The position numbers were made by a program, and so were the translations under genes. A DNA stretch of 20,000 nucleotides from Coniocarpon cinnabarinum. Taxonomy: Eukaryota. Numbering within the stretch: the stretch's first letter is position 1; each line of letters begins with the position of its first letter. The stretch spans positions 59,299-79,298 of the forward strand of contig JAVECO010000110.1 of NCBI GenBank assembly GCA_051942205.1. Direction: 5' to 3'. This document shows positions 9,946 to 19,056 of the stretch, piece by piece. Below the pieces are notes generated by a model. That model saw nothing but the letters and a program-made list of their open reading frames with translations. It was not told the origin of the DNA and made no database searches.

Positions 9946-10725
9946 TTATGGCAGGTTTGCAGCCATATGCTGAAGAACTACCGGCTGATCGAAGCCATGC
10001 TCTCTCAAATCTAGCGTCGTGTCTCCTATACGTCGAAATCCAAACTTTTCATACAGCGGTACACGTTCAGCCACCGCCTCGAGAAACGCCGGGACATTGT
10101 CGCTTCGCGCTTTGTCCACTCCCCACTTGATTAGCATGCCGCCTGCGCCTCGCTGCCGATGGGGTGCGCGTGTCATGATTGTTGTGAGAACTGCCAACAT
10201 CATCAGCTTCATAACGCCCTTTTCCATTGTCTCAACAGCAAGTGTCTTGGGCCTTCTTTAGTATATGCAAGTGACTAGGTCAAAGGACTCACCCCACATA
10301 GGTCGCTGTCCCATCCACTGCGGTCTCGCCTCCAGCAAGGGAATGAGAACTGCCTTCGCCAACGGCACATTCGCAGCCTCCGGCCACCTCTCATCTGCAT
10401 CAGGATGCGTGCCATTCAACTCAAATGCCGTAAACTCAGGATGCTTGTACCCGTTCTCGTAGCAGTGCCATCGTGCCAGTGACAAGATCTCATTATTTTT
10501 GTCCGTGTCAATTACTTTCATGAAACGAACGCTGCTGTCTTCCTCGAAGATCTCGCGCTGTTGCTTTAGACTCCATGCATTTCTGGCGCTGTTCACCTCG
10601 TCGTCCTCGGAGTGGGGCCAAAATCTGTGAACTAGTGGGGCGATCAAATCGCCGTCGTGATTGAACTTGTAATGTGACATGACTTCGAAGTCGTTGATGT
10701 TGAGGGGTTCTAGCTTGAGAGGCAT
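9946..10725 (-). CDS. Fungal GNAT family acetyltransferase; exons 10725-10293, 10190-9946 (225 aa)
   Basis: N-terminal half FMKVIDTD...ILSLARW, and C-terminal HRQRGAGGMLIKWG..KA...VPAFLEA....VPLYEKFGF (motifs A and B). The intron 10292-10191 (GTGAGT...GCTGAT...GGCAG) yields MW-VLTTIMT in frame, 678 nt in total. Confidence 0.86.
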
Positions 10726-10891
10726 CTTGTGTTTGCAGAAGGGACAATCGTAACTCTGCAAACGCGACAGAGCTGCATATTGAATACATCGTGTTTATGT
10801 ATGTGGCTGTGCCAAGGTGACGCTTAGTGCATGCTTACCTGCCTATCCGTTTAGCTTGCCATGAGGTAGTATCACACATTCGATCAGTCCC

Positions 10892-10947
10892 GAGATCTGC
10901 TCCCGCCTATAAGGCAGCAGTCATTTGGATCGCTCGGAGCAGATCTC
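10892..10947. repeat. Perfect 12-bp inverted repeat GAGATCTGCTCC / GGAGCAGATCTC with a 32-nt spacer
   Basis: The arms at 10892-10903 and 10936-10947 are exact reverse complements. Confidence 0.85.
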
Positions 10948-11271
10948 TCCAGCGATTGGCTGCTCATCACTGCATTCGAGACTATTCACTTGTTCCATGC
11001 ATATAACGCATGGTATAAGCTCACGACCAGCATAGACTTCCACCTCACGGTCTTTCAGCCACCTGCTCGTAGATGATAGGGAACCAAGTGGCATGTAGGA
11101 ACATACAAGGATAAGCTCAATTGGATATACAAGCGGAGTCGGACTAACCTCGGACCTGTGTTCATCCATCGACTCATCCATCCCTATATTCTAAGTACAG
11201 GCAAGGCTCCTGTATAGCCAACGTGACCTAATCGCCGACGGAGAAACTCTAGAAAAGTACGGAGCATCACC

Positions 11272-12495
11272 ATGGAAATTGAACCATACACAATAAACAT
11301 CCCAACCTCCTCGATCACCCGCCTAAACGAAAAACTCGATCTCACCACCTTCCCCGACGAACTCGACGAAGCAGCCTGGGACTACGGCGCCCCCCTCTCC
11401 GACATCAAAAGACTAACCCATCACTGGCGTCACAACTTCACCTGGAAGACTCACGAAGAAACTCTCAACACCTTGCCTAACTTTCGCGCCCGCATCCCCG
11501 TGAAAGGCTTCGACCCGCCATCCCTCCACTTTCTGCACCAAAAAAGCAAGAATCCCGATGCCCTTCCTCTGCTTTTCGTCCACGGCTGGCCTGGTTCTTT
11601 CCTCGAAGTCACCAAGATCCTCCCACTACTGACAAACTCGTCTGCTGAAGTCTCGTTTCACGTGGTCGCGCCATCACTGCCTAACTTTGGGTTCTCGGAG
11701 GGCATTCCCAAGAAAGGGTTTGGCTTGGCGCAGTACGCCGAGGTCTGTCATAACCTGATGCTTTCGCTCGGGTATACGCGATATGTAGCTCAAGGCGGTG
11801 ACTGGGGTTTTTACATCACGCGGGCTATATCTCTTCTTTATCCATCGGCATGTCGTGCCGCGCATATTAATATGATTCGAGCGAACCCGCCTTCGTTTCT
11901 TTCGCAACCGCTACTCGCGGCACAGCATGCGAGTACGTCGTACACCGACTCTGAGAAAGCAGGACTAGAGCGGAGGGCGTGGTTCATGAATGAAGGAAGC
12001 GGATACAGAGACCAACAAGCGACCAAGCCGCAGACGTTGGGCTACAGCCTCTCAGACTCACCCGTCGGTCTCCTCGCCTGGATCTACGAGAAATTACATG
12101 ATTGGACAGACAGCTATCCCTGGACCGACGACGAGATTCTGACATGGGTATCGCTCTACTGGTTTTCCACAGCCGGGCCCGCCGCCAGCGTCAGGATCTA
12201 CTACGAAGCGACGCACCAACCTGTGCAGGATCCTGCGCAGAGACTGGCATATGTCTCGCGAGATCGGACGATGCAGTGGATTGGCGGCGTGAAGTTGGGG
12301 GTTGCGCATTTTCCGAAGGAATTGGGAGTTGTGCCGCGGACTTGGGCCAGGACGTTGGGAGAGGTTGCGTTTGAGACGACACACGGGAAGGGGGGACATT
12401 TTGCGGCTTGGGAATGTCCCGAGGCTTTGGTGGAAGATTTGAGGGGGATTTTTGGACGGGGCGGGCCGTGTGAGGGTGTTGTGAAGAGGGGTTGA
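11272..12495 (+). CDS. Microsomal-type epoxide hydrolase (EHN N-terminal domain plus alpha/beta hydrolase), 407 aa, single exon
   Basis: Motifs [25 protein letters not shown], nucleophile [29 protein letters not shown], acid FPKE and catalytic GGHFAAWE. Good start context CACCATGG. Confidence 0.95.
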   Translation: MEIEPYTINIPTSSITRLNEKLDLTTFPDELDEAAWDYGAPLSDIKRLTHHWRHNFTWKTHEETLNTLPNFRARIPVKGFDPPSLHFLHQKSKNPDALPLLFVHGWPGSFLEVTKILPLLTNSSAEVSFHVVAPSLPNFGFSEGIPKKGFGLAQYAEVCHNLMLSLGYTRYVAQGGDWGFYITRAISLLYPSACRAAHINMIRANPPSFLSQPLLAAQHASTSYTDSEKAGLERRAWFMNEGSGYRDQQATKPQTLGYSLSDSPVGLLAWIYEKLHDWTDSYPWTDDEILTWVSLYWFSTAGPAASVRIYYEATHQPVQDPAQRLAYVSRDRTMQWIGGVKLGVAHFPKELGVVPRTWARTLGEVAFETTHGKGGHFAAWECPEALVEDLRGIFGRGGPCEGVVKRG

Positions 12496-13646
12496 ATGAC
12501 TTGATGGGAGTTAAGGTGGTGTGGGATGCGTTTGAGACTGAGGAGGGATGATCTCATTGACGACTCAATGGATATGGCTATCATGATTTTGCTAATGGTT
12601 CAAGGTAAAGATGACAAATGGAAGCTCTTAATGCACCTTCCAGGAGTTCGAACACGCCATACGCGTGCTTGTCACGACACCCTGTAGGACGACTTCACTC
12701 AAAGGCTGGTTAAGTCGACTCAGCTTCTCCATGCTCTCACCCCCTGCTTTGCGCACGCGAGCGTTCAAAAAGACCTTCGCAAACAGCATTCTACGTTCCG
12801 AGCACTGGCATCGATCCACTCTACAGGCGAGTAGCTATCATGTCTCATCGCAGCTTATAAAGTTGCTAGTCCAGGCCTCGCGTCCTTTTTAGTATAGACT
12901 TGCCACTTGTTATATCTCATGTTGTTTGCTTTCAAGAGCAATACTGTGAGTTAGCGAGTTGTTAATGTAGTGGTACGTCTAATACTAAGAGCGTAGCGAA
13001 TTGCTAGCCTGCTATCAGTCATTGCATAGTAAGACTTGCTTAAAGGGAGCGCTGCTACACAGCAGCAAAACCTGAAGCAAATGACACATAAAGTTGTACT
13101 TTAAAGGTTTCATATCATCTTAAAGCCGTATTTCACTTATTTATCACGCTAAGTTATTTTGTTTGCAAATGCTAGTATAAGCCGATCGTACCCAGGTTCT
13201 TTATCTAGTAATTTTCAATGAGCATAGGTCGTCAGATAGTCGTTTGTGTTACATGTCCTTGCTCGCATGTAGATCCGCGCTCATTGAGCAGGCGCGACAA
13301 GGATTTTTTTGCAAGACATATAGAATACGGTTCACGAGTTCTGTGTAAGAAGATTTGTGGACCGAACGGCGCTGTGAGAGCCCAGACATATTACCGAGCA
13401 GATGAACGCACTGTTCGAAGTTCATGAGATTAATCATTGTGCGCTGCAGCTTCACACGTTATCAGGCCCACTTGATCAACAAAACAATCGACAGCAGCTT
13501 CATATTAGTCATTGAGCAGTGAATGAGTCGCACCGCATCAAATTTTGGCGATTCTGCTCTGCTTTGATTTTTGATTGCTTTTGACAAGTAACGCTCGACT
13601 AAGAATGGTACAAGAAAGACTCGTACAATATCACAGACTACATTTT

Positions 13647-15290
13647 TTAACCCAACACCATACCTTTCAGTCCAGCCATGTCACCTTCCTTCGCAGCTAT
13701 TTCAAAGTAGCCATAGATGATGCTGTCATGAAAGTTAGCATTGATGCAAGCACGTGCTAGTCAGCAAGACTTACGTCACGGCAAGCAAAATTCCAGTACC
13801 AGATCCCAGCGCACCTAGCAGGTCGCTCGCAACACTGAGAGCACCAATGCAAGCTCCACCAAAAGCAGCGGCCGTCGGAATGACGCGCTTGAGCTCCTTG
13901 TACATACTCTGCTCACGGTGGCCGGCCATTACAAGACTTTGCTCTTTGAGCTGCTTCGCAACGTCGCGAGCGCTTGAGCCAGAGACGTCGATCCAAGTCT
14001 TGGAGAAGAGCGCGCAAGCAACTAGCATGAATGCGATATAGACACCGGTGTGGATCGGATCAAGGAGAGCCTCTCTGAAGTTCATTGGTGGAGACATGTA
14101 GTAGGCCACTCCCTGCTGAGCAAAAAGTTGCGCGGATCCTTCGCGTGGCTCCCACACGCCGATCAAGCGGACCAGTAGATTGTCTGGAAAGCGGCTGTAG
14201 AGCATTTGAGAGACTAGGAAGATGTTTGATTGTAAAGCGCCCTGAAGCATGATGGGCATGTTTGAGGTGTAGAAGAGTCGAATAGGGTAGGAGCCGCGCA
14301 TACCTCTTTGGCGGGAGGACTTGACAGGGATCTCGACACGAAAACCTTGAAGATAGATGACGGCAGCGAACACCGCGAGTGTAGAGATGAGGTTCATGAT
14401 GTTGGGTAGGTTCTGTCGGTAGAACGCCTCTTGAAGTGCAAGCTGCTTGTTGGGCCAGGTGATGAGAAGATGGAAGAGAGCGATGACAGCGCCCTCGAAT
14501 TCAGGCCCTCGACCGGTGTTGATCGTGGTCGGAGAGAAGGCTTTCCAGACGATCGATTCGCAGATGTTTGTCGCGATGAAGAGTGAAATTCCGCTACCCA
14601 GTCCGTAGCCTTTTTGCAAGAGTTCATCCAAAAGGATGACAACCAAACCAGCGACGATAAGCTGAACAATGAGCAGCAAGCAAATACCGGCGCCGAGGTC
14701 TGAGGGTTGACCGTACATTCCAGATGCGACGTATACACAGGCTTGACCAAAGGACATCACCAGCGCCAGAACTGAGAGAGGTTAGCAAAGATCTTCTAAG
14801 AAGCACAAGATGTTGACCAACGTTTCTGAGCTGTTTGATAGAGCTCGCGGTCTGATTTGAGGTCGAGGTTGACGTCAATGAGTTGAGTGCCGGCCAAGAG
14901 TTGGAAAATCATGCCAGATGTAATAATAGGAGTAATGCCTAGTTCCATCAAAGTACCTCGATTACTGGCCAGCATCATCCGCAGCCAGTAGAGCGGATCG
15001 GAGCTGTCTGAAGATACAATGCCATACAAGGGCATTTGACTCATCACCAGGAAAACCAAGAGCGTCACCTCGAAGTGTGTAAGTGCTGGATGCGTGAAGA
15101 GCCTTAGGGTGGTATACGCACTCCCGTCCACATCAACTTTTGCTGAAAAGGGGTCTTCGATGTCTCTGGAGAGGCGACTTCAGGCAGAAGAGGCGTAAAG
15201 GGTTTTATGAGGTCTAGAAACCGCACTGCAATGATTGTCAACCTCGCGCGTGTTTTGCAGCTCCTGGGAGAAAGCCATACTGCCACTCAT
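13647..15290 (-). CDS. SEC61: Protein transport protein Sec61 subunit alpha; exons 15290-15281, 15225-15122, 15068-14822, 14771-13775, 13722-13647 (477 aa)
   Basis: The spliced product reads [98 protein letters not shown] and [23 protein letters not shown]. The total of 1434 nt is in frame. Confidence 0.97.
13723..13774 (-). other. SEC61 intron 4 (52 nt, GTAAGT...GCTAAC...GACAG)
   Basis: Fully canonical signals. Gives LLAVT-IIYGYFE. Confidence 0.92.
14772..14821 (-). other. SEC61 intron 3 (50 nt, GTTGGT...GCTAAC...CTCAG)
   Basis: Gives [17 protein letters not shown], with a canonical branch point and acceptor. Confidence 0.85.
15069..15121 (-). other. SEC61 intron 2 (53 nt, GTGCGT...CTTAC...TTCGAG; GAG acceptor)
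   Basis: This is the only junction I found that gives the conserved LMWTG-VTLLVFL without an indel. Confidence 0.75.
15226..15280 (-). other. SEC61 intron 1 (55 nt, GTATGG...GTTGAC...TTGCAG) after a 10-nt first coding exon
   Basis: ATG AGT GGC A | TG CGG TTT CTA GAC gives MSGMRFLD. Confidence 0.82.
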
Positions 15291-15861
15291 GTTGGCGGTG
15301 TCGCTGGGTTATGCCCAGCTCTTTTTGTACAAATGGATTCTGTAGCTTCAGGAACGCCCGCCTCAGAAATTGGCGGAGATTCGACTTATGCACTGAGCTG
15401 CGGTCGTTAGAGGTGTCAATGGGTGAACAAAAATGCAGCCTCATAGGCAATTTCGAGCAAGTGAGTTTCCGGCAGCCCGACGCTCAGCTCAATGCTCAGC
15501 CCTACATCACCGTGACCCAAGACAGGTAATATGATTGGACATGCGCTGGACCTGGACATTGACCAAGATTGACCAAGACGTTGCGCACGCCCAAACACAG
15601 AGCGATATCTCGGAGTCTCTGGGGGAAATGTTTGCTATTGCCCATGAGGCAATAATTGCACACGTTGTGAGACGTGACCTCACATGCTCCTAGTTCCAGC
15701 CTCATACTAAACGACCCGCGGCCATGAAGCCAGTCGAGAAGCCGGTGCTCTTTTAGAACGAAAGCAAATACATTGCGCTGAAACCTCGATGCGAGCCTTC
15801 CCAAGAGCGCATGAAAGGTGCCTAAGTGCAAGACCTGCCAGGACCTGAGGTGAGATTCCAA
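15291..15861. promoter_or_regulatory. Divergent (probably bidirectional) promoter region between SEC61 and SEC8
   Basis: 571 bp separate the two head-to-head start codons. It contains the tandem repeat TTGACCAAGA x2 (15559-15578). Confidence 0.6.
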
Positions 15862-18800
15862 ATGGATGGCTTCTATGGCAATGGCTATGGCGGCGCAAGA
15901 GCAGACGCTTCCGATAGATATGGCGGATACACCAACGGCTACACCAATGGATATCATGAAGACAGCGCAGCTCGTCGGCCAGGAGGCTATGGTGGCTTCG
16001 GGGCGTCGGATTCTTCCTTTAGAGCAGGTAATCACGGCGCTTCGCAGCGAACACCCGGTCCTTACAGCCAGAGACCACAAAGGAGGAGTCCTGAAGCTAG
16101 TCGCGGAAGGAATTTGAGCTCATCTTCAGCTGGTCCCGCTGCATCTCAAATTGAGGACATCCTACGGTACATTAAAAGGGAATGGGGCTTCATGACGGAA
16201 GACAAGTGTATTCCAGTGCAGGTAGCTCTGCAGCTCCTTGATCCCAGCTCTCTAGGACTTGCAAGCCGTGCGCAAGAGTTTCGGGACGTGCAGGATCAGC
16301 TGCAGAGCACGTTGAAATCGGTCGTAAACGAACATCATCAGGATTTCAACACCGCAGTAGGACAGTTTCATCAGATTCAAAGCAGCATTCAGTCGTCGCA
16401 TCAAAAAGTACTGGAGTTGAAGACCGGGCTGGTCATGGCCAAGTCAAATTTGCTGACCGGAAAGCCTGAGTATCAGAACCTCATCACCTCGTCACGAAAC
16501 TATGCAGATATGTTGGATCGGTTGCATAGTATAGAATCGATCCAGAACATTCCTGTTAGACTCGAGGCTAGCATGTCAGATAAACGCTTTCTCGGTGCCG
16601 TCGACATGCTTCAAGAAGCTCTGCATTTGGTTCGAAAACCAGAGTTGGAGGACGTTGGAGCCTTGAGCGAAATGAAGGTCTACCTCAGCAATCAAGAACA
16701 CTCTTTGACCGATATCCTGACCGAAGAGCTGCACAACCACCTGTATTTGAAGTCGCCGTACTGTGAAGAACGCTGGCAGCAGTATACACGGCTGGCAACG
16801 GGCTCGCATCTTCTGAGTAACAATGGCACCCGTCAGATGTATGAATTTCTTGACAATCTGGACACGACGACGCCCTTGACAGACGATAACTCCCGCAACC
16901 CCGAAGCGGACTCCTTTCATTACATTCACGTGATTGTTGAAGCCCTGACGAAGCTTGGTCGCCTTTCCGAAGCGGTCGATAGCATCGAGGAGCGACTGCC
17001 TGTAGAATTGTACAAAGTCGTCGAAAGATCGAACAATGAGATTCAGCAGAGATATCCAAATGCGCTACGGGGGGACTGGAAAGTTGAGCAGAAGGCGAAT
17101 GAACTTCCCAGCCTTAATCAGACCGACTTAAATGTCTTGCGAGATCTGCTAGACACTTTGTACGCCAAGTTTGAAGCGATCGCAGAAGCCCATCGAGTTT
17201 TCCACGACGTTGCTGCTGGCATCTGTAAACGGCAAGGAAACGCCCAAGCTTCAGAGATCACGCGCGGCTTCAAAGAACTGTGGAAACTGTATCAAAGCGA
17301 GATGAGATCTTTACTGCACGACTACCTTTCGACCGGCGGAGAGCCCGGACAGCGTTCAGGGCAATCTTCTACAAACGAAGGCAACGTGTTCCGAGTCCAA
17401 CGGGAGAAAAACAAAAAGTGCAACTTCAAGATGGACCTGGTGGATACTCAAGGCAGCGATCTCAAACCATCACGAGAGGAGATCGTAACCACATGGCAGA
17501 AATTCGTGCCTGGTCTCGTGTCTCTCTCACAACATGATGCTGATACAGGTCTCGCATCCATGTTCGGCTCTGCGAAAATCGACACTTCGGCGGCTGGTCA
17601 TAAGCTGCTGGTCCGGCCGAGTGTCTTCAATATCAGCTCCCTGCTTCCTCAGTCGGTGACATTCCTCAACCGGCTGAAAGAGATTGTACCGACCGACACT
17701 GACATACCGATATCGACGCTCACTCACTTCTTGAACGAGTTCTTGATAAACGTGTTCCACCCTCAGTTGGAAGACACGTTGACCGACTTTTGCTCCCAAA
17801 GTTTTACGCAGCTTGATGCTTTTCAGCAAGATCCACAATGGACTCACTACTCACAGAAGCCCATCTTCCGCGGTACTGTGAAGTTCTACGACATTGTTAC
17901 CGCTTTCTGTCGCATGCTTGATGACCTCACCCATGATCAACTGTTCACGCAGCTTCTCATCACCCAAATGAATACCTACCACGACAAATGCAGTGGCTGG
18001 AGGAAAGCCCTTGTTTCCCGAGTGCAAGCCGAAGGTGACGGACGACAAGTCAAAGCTGCTGCTGCCCTGGCTGAGAACAAGGAAGTGATGAAGGTCATCG
18101 AGCGGGTACGACCTTCATCGGAACAAGACCTGGCCAAAACTCTGGAGGTCGAACATTCTCTGCTTCACGCTATGTTGCCTTCTCGACAACTAACAGAGGC
18201 GGACCTTATCTCTGACTCAAAAAGTCAAAGTCAGTTGTGTTTGTTGAACACCAGCATGATGTGGCTTTCCAGCAAGCTTAAGCAGCTGCGGCGTATCAGT
18301 GAGCGCGCCACAGACGCGCGGCAACGACGCGACTCAAATATGCTGCCTGAGCAGCAAAGTCTCACGGGCAATCTGACCAATCAATCCAACGCTAGCACAG
18401 ACACGGTCTTCTTACCGCTGAACACTGAATCCGCAGGACTTTTCGATGGTATCGTGGGTGCATATCAAGACTTGGCCGAGGAGTCTCTGCGCACACTGCA
18501 TCTCGAGATGCGGTGCCAAGTCTTCTATAGACTCGGCACGTCTATTCGAGGGTCATTTTTGTATGCTGACGCCGCAGAGACGCCTGATGAAGACGTCTTG
18601 ACCCTGTCCAGTGATCTGTTGAAATTTGATCGCGAGACAAAGACTCTGCTTCGTGCAAAAGACCACACATTCGTCGTGGGTGGCATTAGTCGCTTTGTGG
18701 ACTCCACCTTCGTGCACGCCATCATGAACAACGTGCTGTCCGCCAACGAAGCTGGAAATGATCACTTCCAGCTAAATTCCAGAGTCCTCTATCACAATAT

Positions 18801-19056
18801 GTCGAATATTGAGCCATCTTCTGATCTCACGAGATCTTTCAGATTCTTTGAGCTCTTCGAGCAAGGTTCTGAGGCCACGTTGCAGGCAGCGCGCCAGTAT
18901 CGGACGGGCTTAACCAAAGACGAGTTGAGAAAGTTGCTGGAACTGCGCGCTAGCAAGGACATGGAGAGCGCTGACCGCGAGCATGCGCTTGCCGCGAAAA
19001 GGTTACTGGATGATCAGCTAGATCGCTTGGACAAAATACCCAAACCTTCAGGATGA
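15862..19056 (+). CDS. SEC8: Exocyst complex component Sec8 (EXOC4), 1064 aa, no intron needed
   Basis: First in-frame ATG at 15862. Sec8 N-terminal domain motifs IKREWGFM..DKCIPVQVALQLLD.SSLG, VVNEHHQDFN, LTEELHNHLYLKSPYCE and NPEADSFHYI, plus GHKLLV.PSVFNI and LHLEMRC further on. Confidence 0.92.
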   Translation: MDGFYGNGYGGARADASDRYGGYTNGYTNGYHEDSAARRPGGYGGFGASDSSFRAGNHGASQRTPGPYSQRPQRRSPEASRGRNLSSSSAGPAASQIEDILRYIKREWGFMTEDKCIPVQVALQLLDPSSLGLASRAQEFRDVQDQLQSTLKSVVNEHHQDFNTAVGQFHQIQSSIQSSHQKVLELKTGLVMAKSNLLTGKPEYQNLITSSRNYADMLDRLHSIESIQNIPVRLEASMSDKRFLGAVDMLQEALHLVRKPELEDVGALSEMKVYLSNQEHSLTDILTEELHNHLYLKSPYCEERWQQYTRLATGSHLLSNNGTRQMYEFLDNLDTTTPLTDDNSRNPEADSFHYIHVIVEALTKLGRLSEAVDSIEERLPVELYKVVERSNNEIQQRYPNALRGDWKVEQKANELPSLNQTDLNVLRDLLDTLYAKFEAIAEAHRVFHDVAAGICKRQGNAQASEITRGFKELWKLYQSEMRSLLHDYLSTGGEPGQRSGQSSTNEGNVFRVQREKNKKCNFKMDLVDTQGSDLKPSREEIVTTWQKFVPGLVSLSQHDADTGLASMFGSAKIDTSAAGHKLLVRPSVFNISSLLPQSVTFLNRLKEIVPTDTDIPISTLTHFLNEFLINVFHPQLEDTLTDFCSQSFTQLDAFQQDPQWTHYSQKPIFRGTVKFYDIVTAFCRMLDDLTHDQLFTQLLITQMNTYHDKCSGWRKALVSRVQAEGDGRQVKAAAALAENKEVMKVIERVRPSSEQDLAKTLEVEHSLLHAMLPSRQLTEADLISDSKSQSQLCLLNTSMMWLSSKLKQLRRISERATDARQRRDSNMLPEQQSLTGNLTNQSNASTDTVFLPLNTESAGLFDGIVGAYQDLAEESLRTLHLEMRCQVFYRLGTSIRGSFLYADAAETPDEDVLTLSSDLLKFDRETKTLLRAKDHTFVVGGISRFVDSTFVHAIMNNVLSANEAGNDHFQLNSRVLYHNMSNIEPSSDLTRSFRFFELFEQGSEATLQAARQYRTGLTKDELRKLLELRASKDMESADREHALAAKRLLDDQLDRLDKIPKPSG

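Noticed and set aside
10191..10292. Alternative upstream acceptor in the 102-nt GNAT intron (TACTAAAGAAG...CCCAAG), and the track ORF start at 10227
   Set aside because: All upstream AG options run into stop codons. The ATG at 10227 lies inside the intron.
15502..16080. 192-aa minus-strand ORF overlapping the SEC8 start, plus other antisense or nested ORFs within the large genes
   Set aside because: These are shadow ORFs of the real coding strands, with no recognisable domains.
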